Below are positions 8,190-12,718 of a DNA stretch of 12,718 nucleotides, in pieces. This stretch comes from Candidatus Poribacteria bacterium (lineage in GTDB: Bacteria; Poribacteria; WGA-4E; UBA9662): the NCBI GenBank assembly GCA_046582655.1, contig JAYGDX010000192.1, positions 1 to 12,718 of the forward strand. Direction: 5' to 3'. The position numbers and the translations under genes are program-made. Position 1 is the first letter of the stretch. Each line of letters begins with the position of its first letter. Below the pieces are notes generated by a model, which worked only from the letters and a program-made list of their open reading frames with translations, had not been told where the DNA came from and did not search any database.

Positions 8190-8218
8190 ATTATAGTGAC
8201 CATGTTGGTTGATGTCAA
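8190..8218 (-). promoter_or_regulatory. Perfect-consensus sigma70 promoter for the hydrolase operon
   Basis: The minus strand reads TTGACA (8218-8213), 17 nt, TATAAT (8195-8190), 31 nt before the ATG. AAGGA RBS follows. Confidence 0.85.
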
Positions 8219-8221
8219 TTG

Positions 8222-8250
8222 TTGGAATTGGCTGTAGACTGTGTTAGTAT
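8222..8250 (+). promoter_or_regulatory. Divergent sigma70-like promoter for the isomerase gene
   Basis: TTGGAA (8222-8227), 17 nt, TAGTAT (8245-8250) with TG at 8242-8243. Confidence 0.5.
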
Positions 8251-8278
8251 AAAGCGACAATAGACAAAGGGGGCTTAA

Positions 8279-9046
8279 ATGGCAAAAATTCCAATTGCAT
8301 TACAATTATATACAGTTAGAGATAACTTGGCTGAAAATCCAGTCCAGACGATCCAAGCAGTAGCCGAAATGGGTTATCAAGGCGTTGAGGGCGGCCCTCC
8401 AGCTGGGATGAGCAACACCGATTTTCTAGCTCTACTGGCCGATCATAATCTGACGTTAATCGGTGGAGGGGTGTCACCTGTAGAGATGAGAGATAATGTA
8501 CAGCAAATCGCTGACCGTTGTCATGAATTAGAAATCGACACGCTGATGTGTGGAATCGGTGGTGAACTTCAGCAACATGGTGGAGACTGGATACCTGCGG
8601 TGGCGGCTTTAGCCGAGGGTTGTGCTAAAGCAACAGAAATTGGTCTACGCATCCTTTATCACAACCACGCTTTCGAGTTTGAGGACAAAGTTAATGGTAA
8701 ATACGGATTAGATTACTTGTTTGACACCATACCTGCTTCTAATATTCAAGCGGAACTGGACACTTATTGGGTTCAAACAGGAGGTGAAGATCCAGTTGAA
8801 TATATAAAAAAATATGCTGGACGCCTACCACGTTTGCATATCAAAGACCGTGCTCCAGAACCTGAAGATCAGAATTGTCCGTTTGCAGAAGTTGGACATG
8901 GTATTTTGGATTGGGATAATATCTTTACTGCCTCACCAGATGCAGGTGTTGAATGGTATGTGGTGGAACAGGACCGATGTGTTCCACCGCCTCTGGAGGC
9001 CGCCAGGCTAAGTTTGGAATATCTTCGTTCACGCGAGATGGTATGA
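8279..9046 (+). CDS. Sugar phosphate isomerase/epimerase (xylose-isomerase-like TIM barrel, IolE-like)
   Basis: ALQLYTVR, GYQGVE, YHNHAFEF, ELDTYW, LHIKD, VGHGILDW, VVEQD metal-binding motifs. Confidence 0.93.
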   Translation: MAKIPIALQLYTVRDNLAENPVQTIQAVAEMGYQGVEGGPPAGMSNTDFLALLADHNLTLIGGGVSPVEMRDNVQQIADRCHELEIDTLMCGIGGELQQHGGDWIPAVAALAEGCAKATEIGLRILYHNHAFEFEDKVNGKYGLDYLFDTIPASNIQAELDTYWVQTGGEDPVEYIKKYAGRLPRLHIKDRAPEPEDQNCPFAEVGHGILDWDNIFTASPDAGVEWYVVEQDRCVPPPLEAARLSLEYLRSREMV

Positions 9047-9188
9047 AACGGAGATAAACGCGGAATCAGCTTTGCGCAACCAAGGAGAAACTGCTTGATT
9101 CCTAAACTGGTATTTACTGCGATATATTTGAAGAGAGTATCCAACTGTTATACGACTTGGTATTGGAAGGAGTAATTAAAAAAAGAAT

Positions 9189-10283
9189 ATGGTTGAACAT
9201 GTGACAGTTTACCATCAAGAAGGAAGATATGCGGGCTGGCCAGCCAACTATGGCATATGGTCATGGGGGGATGAAATCGTTGTTGGGTTTACGCTTGGTT
9301 ATCACCAGTCAGACGCCGGATTTCATACTCGAGACAGGAGTAGACCTTTTGTTACCATGCAAGCTCGCAGCCTTAACGGTGGAGAGACGTGGGAAGTGCA
9401 AAATATGCCGTGTCGAACGCCAGGAGGCAGAGGTTTATCAGCAGATGAACACGTTCAAAGATCTTTAGAAGCTGGCCAATCTTCGGAACTTGATCAAGAA
9501 CTAAATATTTGTAGTGGAAACATTAACTTTACGCATCCCGATTTCGCGCTTATATGCGCTCGGACGGGGCTAACTGATGGGGCGATCTCTTGGTTTTATG
9601 TCTCAACCGATAGGTGCCGCACATGGAAAGGCCCATATAGCCTCCCCATGTTCGGGTTTCGAGGAATTGCAGCCCGAACTGACTATCTAGTCACTAATCC
9701 GCATACCTGCTCACTGTTTCTAACTGCAGCCAAATCTGATGGCAATGAAGGTCGAGTGTTTTGTGCCAGAACATCTGACGGGGGAAAATCATTTCACCTA
9801 TTATCGCAAATTGGTGAAGAACCAACCGGATTTGAGATTATGCCGGCCAGCATTCGGTTATCTGAATCCCGTATACTCGTGGCTGTACGAACAAGAGAAA
9901 AGAATGACAATTGGGAAGAAGCCAGAAATTACATAGATCTATATGTTTCTGAAGATGACGGTCAGACTTGGCAATACTTAGATCGTCCTGTTCAAAACAC
10001 AGGTGTTGGTGGAAATCCACCAACAATGACAAAATTGAGAGATGGACGCCTTTGTATGACATATGGCTATCGAGATGTGCCATATAGCATGTTGGCAAAG
10101 ATCAGCGATGATGACGGAAGCACATGGAGCACAGAAATCGTCCTCAGAAATGATGGAGGAAGCCATGATATAGGCTATCCTCGTACCGTTCAAAGAACGG
10201 ATGGCAGTCTGGTTACAGTTTACTATTTCGCTGACGAACCAGACGGACCGAGATATATCGCCTCGACGATATGGAAAGTCTGA
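9189..10283 (+). CDS. BNR/Asp-box repeat beta-propeller (sialidase-fold protein)
   Basis: Five Asp-boxes (SLNGGETW, STDRCRTW, TSDGGKSF, SEDDGQTW, SDDDGSTW), C-terminal DIGYP...DGSLVTVYY. AAGGAG upstream. Confidence 0.88.
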   Translation: MVEHVTVYHQEGRYAGWPANYGIWSWGDEIVVGFTLGYHQSDAGFHTRDRSRPFVTMQARSLNGGETWEVQNMPCRTPGGRGLSADEHVQRSLEAGQSSELDQELNICSGNINFTHPDFALICARTGLTDGAISWFYVSTDRCRTWKGPYSLPMFGFRGIAARTDYLVTNPHTCSLFLTAAKSDGNEGRVFCARTSDGGKSFHLLSQIGEEPTGFEIMPASIRLSESRILVAVRTREKNDNWEEARNYIDLYVSEDDGQTWQYLDRPVQNTGVGGNPPTMTKLRDGRLCMTYGYRDVPYSMLAKISDDDGSTWSTEIVLRNDGGSHDIGYPRTVQRTDGSLVTVYYFADEPDGPRYIASTIWKV

Positions 10284-10426
10284 TTAGATAATTTAACATA
10301 ATATTTTAAACTAAAATTAAATATGGTAAAATATAATTATTTAATAATCTTAAATTACTTTAATCTTGTATTCATAAAATTAAGATTAAAAGGCTGAATT
10401 ATTTTGTATTTAATTAAATATAGACC
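10284..10426. promoter_or_regulatory. Very AT-rich parA upstream region (promoter/operator, possible centromere-like site)
   Basis: 19 G+C in 143 nt (~13%). TAATCTT at 10345 and 10361; TTTAATCTT/AAGATTAAA inverted repeat (10359-10390); palindrome TATTTAATTAAATA (10407-10420). Confidence 0.55.
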
Positions 10427-11206
10427 ATGAAAATACTCGCGGTTGTTAATAGCAAAGGTGGGGTTGGGAAAACAACAACTGCCGTAAACCTTTCAGCTCG
10501 TTTTGCTTCTGGGGATGCTCGCGTTTTATTAATTGACCTAGATAGCCAAAGTTCGGCCTCCTTTTCACTTGGCGTGGGAAGACAGAATTTAACCCCTTCT
10601 ATCGGGAATGTGCTTTTCGATCAAACACCAATCCAAGAAAGCGTACGCCGGACTTCTATCGATGGATTGAACCTGATTACGGGGTCAATGGAACTCGCTA
10701 ATGCAGACGTAATTATGGCCAACGTAAAAGGCAGAGAAAATCAACTTAAATTGGCCGTTGAACGTATATCGGATGAATACGCCTATATTGTATTTGACTG
10801 CCCACCTTCATTATCTATATTGACGGTGAATGCCTTAGTTACTGCGGAGGCTTTCATAGTACCAATGTGTCCACAGTACTTGGCGCTTGAAGGAGTTATC
10901 ACACTACTATCAGCAGTAGAGAAAATACAGGAAGGAATTGGCGAAACTGCTGAGTTCCTAGGGATTCTATTAACAATGGTTGACAAACGGTCAAACGCTG
11001 TTGGAGAGCTCATCCAGATGGTCCGTAATCATTACAAAGACACTGTGTTTGACACAGAGATAGGTATCAGTTCCGCTTTGGCTGAAGCTCCAGGATTTGG
11101 CCAAAGCATATACGATTATGCCCCAGAATCAAATGGATCTAAAGCATATACAGAGCTGACGATTGAGATTCTGGATAGGATGCTTAAGAAGGAAGGGGAA
11201 AATTGA
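10427..11206 (+). CDS. parA: ParA/Soj-family deviant Walker A ATPase (short form, no N-terminal HTH)
   Basis: KGGVGKTT, IDLDSQ, FDCPPSL, NAL..A, GILLTMVD.R, LAEAP..G..I.DY.P.S motifs. Confidence 0.95.
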   Translation: MKILAVVNSKGGVGKTTTAVNLSARFASGDARVLLIDLDSQSSASFSLGVGRQNLTPSIGNVLFDQTPIQESVRRTSIDGLNLITGSMELANADVIMANVKGRENQLKLAVERISDEYAYIVFDCPPSLSILTVNALVTAEAFIVPMCPQYLALEGVITLLSAVEKIQEGIGETAEFLGILLTMVDKRSNAVGELIQMVRNHYKDTVFDTEIGISSALAEAPGFGQSIYDYAPESNGSKAYTELTIEILDRMLKKEGEN

Positions 11207-11547
11207 CAAAGGTAGGAAAAACACCTGACGATATTTTTGCTTCAACGGCCACAAAACCTAACCGCGGCCGTCCGCCACTTCACCAAGAGGATTGGACTAA
11301 AGTTACGACATCATTACTTAATCGGCAGGTTGTCTTTTTAGACGGCATTGCAAATGATATCCGTGCTAATTCGGGAAAAGTTGTCAAACGCACAGCGATC
11401 ATACGAGCATTGATTGATGCGCTTGAGCTAAGTAATATTAATCTAACAGGAGTCACGTCAGAGGATGAATGCCGCCAGATTCTTTTACAGAATTTTAATA
11501 CTCAGAGTCTAGAAGAAAATGCATCGTCTGCTGATGAAACGGAATAA
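11203..11547 (+). CDS. Small hypothetical ParA partner, probably DNA-binding (ribbon-helix-helix-like, with an RGRP motif)
   Basis: TTG start overlaps the parA stop (TTGA), with AAGGAAGGGG upstream. Flexible N-terminus with RGRPP, then a strand (TKVTTSL), a helix, and KRTAIIRALIDAL, resembling RHH helix 2. The fold is inferred. Confidence 0.7.
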   Translation: MTKVGKTPDDIFASTATKPNRGRPPLHQEDWTKVTTSLLNRQVVFLDGIANDIRANSGKVVKRTAIIRALIDALELSNINLTGVTSEDECRQILLQNFNTQSLEENASSADETE

Positions 11548-11548
11548 T

Positions 11549-12169
11549 TTAGCGTAAGCCGCGGTCCTGAAGCCGATTCCTAACGAGAGTGATACTTACG
11601 TCGTATTCTTTGGCGATTTGGTTCATACTCATGCCTTTCTCAAATTTGTAAGCGATGCCATCCACATCTACGTTTAGCCTAGGTCGATTGCATGGTTTCC
11701 CAGATTTACTGCCTCCAACCGCTGCTTTCTTTCGTCCATGTTGCATACGTTCCCGAATTGCCTCTCTCTCAAATTCAGCAAATGCGCCCATGATCTGAAA
11801 GAGCAGCCTTCCCTGTGGAGTAGATGTGTCAATATTTTGATCTGTAATAACAAAGTCACAGTCATGGTTTTTGAGAGCTGTTGTGGTATTGAGCAAATCT
11901 TGCAGAGAGCGTGACAGCCTGTCTAGCCTTGTGACCATAATATAATCGAGCCGTCCATCTTGAACAGCTTCCATCATGCGTGTAAACTGAGGCCGCTTGG
12001 TGTTGCCTCCAGACTCTCCTTCATCAACAAATTCTTGGGTCAGATAATCGGTCTCTTGGTTCCTTCTGCGTATAAAGTCTACGTACTCGTAAAGCTGCTC
12101 TCTTTGTAACACAACTTCCTGTTTGTCGGTAGAACATCGAATATACAATCCTATCCGCTTGACTTCCAT
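11549..12169 (-). CDS. Small serine recombinase (resolvase/invertase family) with C-terminal HTH
   Basis: YIRCSTDKQ catalytic Ser motif, DEGESG, RPQF, VTRLDRLSRS, IDTSTPQGRL, AEFERE.IRER, GMSMNQIAKEYDVS HTH. Start set at 12169 (AAGGA RBS); 12190 is an alternative. Confidence 0.95.
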   Translation of the reverse strand: MEVKRIGLYIRCSTDKQEVVLQREQLYEYVDFIRRRNQETDYLTQEFVDEGESGGNTKRPQFTRMMEAVQDGRLDYIMVTRLDRLSRSLQDLLNTTTALKNHDCDFVITDQNIDTSTPQGRLLFQIMGAFAEFEREAIRERMQHGRKKAAVGGSKSGKPCNRPRLNVDVDGIAYKFEKGMSMNQIAKEYDVSITLVRNRLQDRGLR

Positions 12170-12229
12170 TAGATTTCCTTGCAAACGCATTATTTTATGA
12201 AAAGGATGCTACTTTTCAGTACGTTTGGG

Positions 12230-12528
12230 GTTGTATTTAAGTTTCAACTTAAATACAAGTATTTTACTTTTAAACTTAAATACAACTGAAAAAGGAAACT
12301 TTCTTTAATATTCAATGTTTAAAACATTCAAACTTAAGTAAAAGCAAGGTTGCTATAATCAACCTATCAAAACAGCTCGATTTACAGTCATCATAAGGAT
12401 CCGGATGATTAGCCACTCGTTTTTTTGTTTTACAAAAGTCTATGTTTTAAACATTGAAAGTAAAATACAACTATCCAATGTGGTTTTATTTAAGTTTGAA
12501 TGTTTTATACATACAAACTTAAATACAG
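12230..12528. repeat. Array of direct and inverted AACTTAAATACAA-like half-sites (putative recombination/binding sites)
   Basis: Half-sites at 12231-43(-), 12246-58(+), 12257-69(-, variant), 12273-85(+), 12331-43(+), 12458-70(+, variant), 12484-96(-), 12516-28(+), interleaved with three ATGTTTwwwACAT-type palindromes (~12315, ~12442, ~12500). Confidence 0.85.
12351..12359 (+). promoter_or_regulatory. Extended -10 promoter element
   Basis: TGCTATAAT (TGn-TATAAT), located between the long inverted repeats. No good -35. Confidence 0.55.
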
Positions 12529-12609
12529 ATTTTAGCCTCTATTTTCCGGTTGCGTGGTACGTTAAACTGGTTTGCCAACTGTTAATTACAATTCATTTCT
12601 GCTTGTCGA

Positions 12610-12718
12610 TATAGCTGAATCATTATAGTATGGCATAATAGACGCCATGACATATTCCCTCGAACAAAAGTTTTTCGGATCAAAGAGAAAAAAGGGCTGA
12701 CCTTTGAACAAGTCAGGG
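12610..12718 (+). mobile_element. Left end of an IS630-family insertion sequence
   Basis: TA-TAGCTGAATCATTATAG end (IS630 elements insert at TA), followed ~35 nt later by a transposase-like N-terminus. Confidence 0.6.
12647..12718 (+). pseudogene. Frameshifted IS630-type transposase N-terminus (HTH region), runs off the window
   Basis: The ATG frame gives MTYSL(E) and stops at 12700. The shifted frame from 12667 gives KVFRIKEKKGLTFEQVR. Joined, these resemble the IS630 start MTYSLDFRxKV...KEK.GL. Confidence 0.65.

Noticed and set aside
9062..9102. GGAATCA/TGATTCC inverted repeat between the isomerase and Asp-box genes as a terminator
   Set aside because: Only 7 bp of clean stem, a long irregular interior and no U-tract.
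3457..11865. Remaining short ORFs overlapping etf, phyH, hydrolase, isomerase, Asp-box, parA and recombinase genes
   Set aside because: They lie within or opposite well-supported genes and have no motifs.
12230..12528. CRISPR array
   Set aside because: Repeats are ~13 nt, in both orientations and irregularly spaced, with no unique equal-length spacers and no cas genes.
12405..12614. 69-aa ORF
   Set aside because: It runs through the AT-rich repeat array, has F/L/I/K-biased composition typical of spurious ORFs and no recognisable motif. Not fully excluded, since an AAGGA lies just upstream.

Overview
Bacterial window with three parts. (1) 1-3346: the 3' part of a metallophosphoesterase gene, a ~120-bp MITE-like element, and two ~90%-identical tandem secreted LamG/jellyroll genes ending in a 'KLSVTWGEIK' motif. 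That motif, together with tandem PhyH genes, suggests Candidatus Poribacteria (inference). (2) 3347-10283: metabolic genes (etfB, etfA, two PhyH-family Fe(II)/2OG dioxygenases, a small Cys-rich protein, an epoxide-hydrolase-type alpha/beta hydrolase, a TIM-barrel sugar isomerase and an Asp-box beta-propeller). (3) 10284-12718: an apparently mobile or plasmid-derived module, with an AT-rich spacer, a short ParA plus a small partner protein, a convergent serine resolvase/invertase, a ~300-bp array of repeats, and the left end of a frameshifted IS630-like element. The array is built from AACTTAAATACAA-like half-sites arranged as 13+2+13 sites. Two of these sites are inverted around an extended -10 promoter. 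This recombinase-plus-array arrangement is the best candidate for an undescribed system (invertible promoter, multi-site res region, or centromere).
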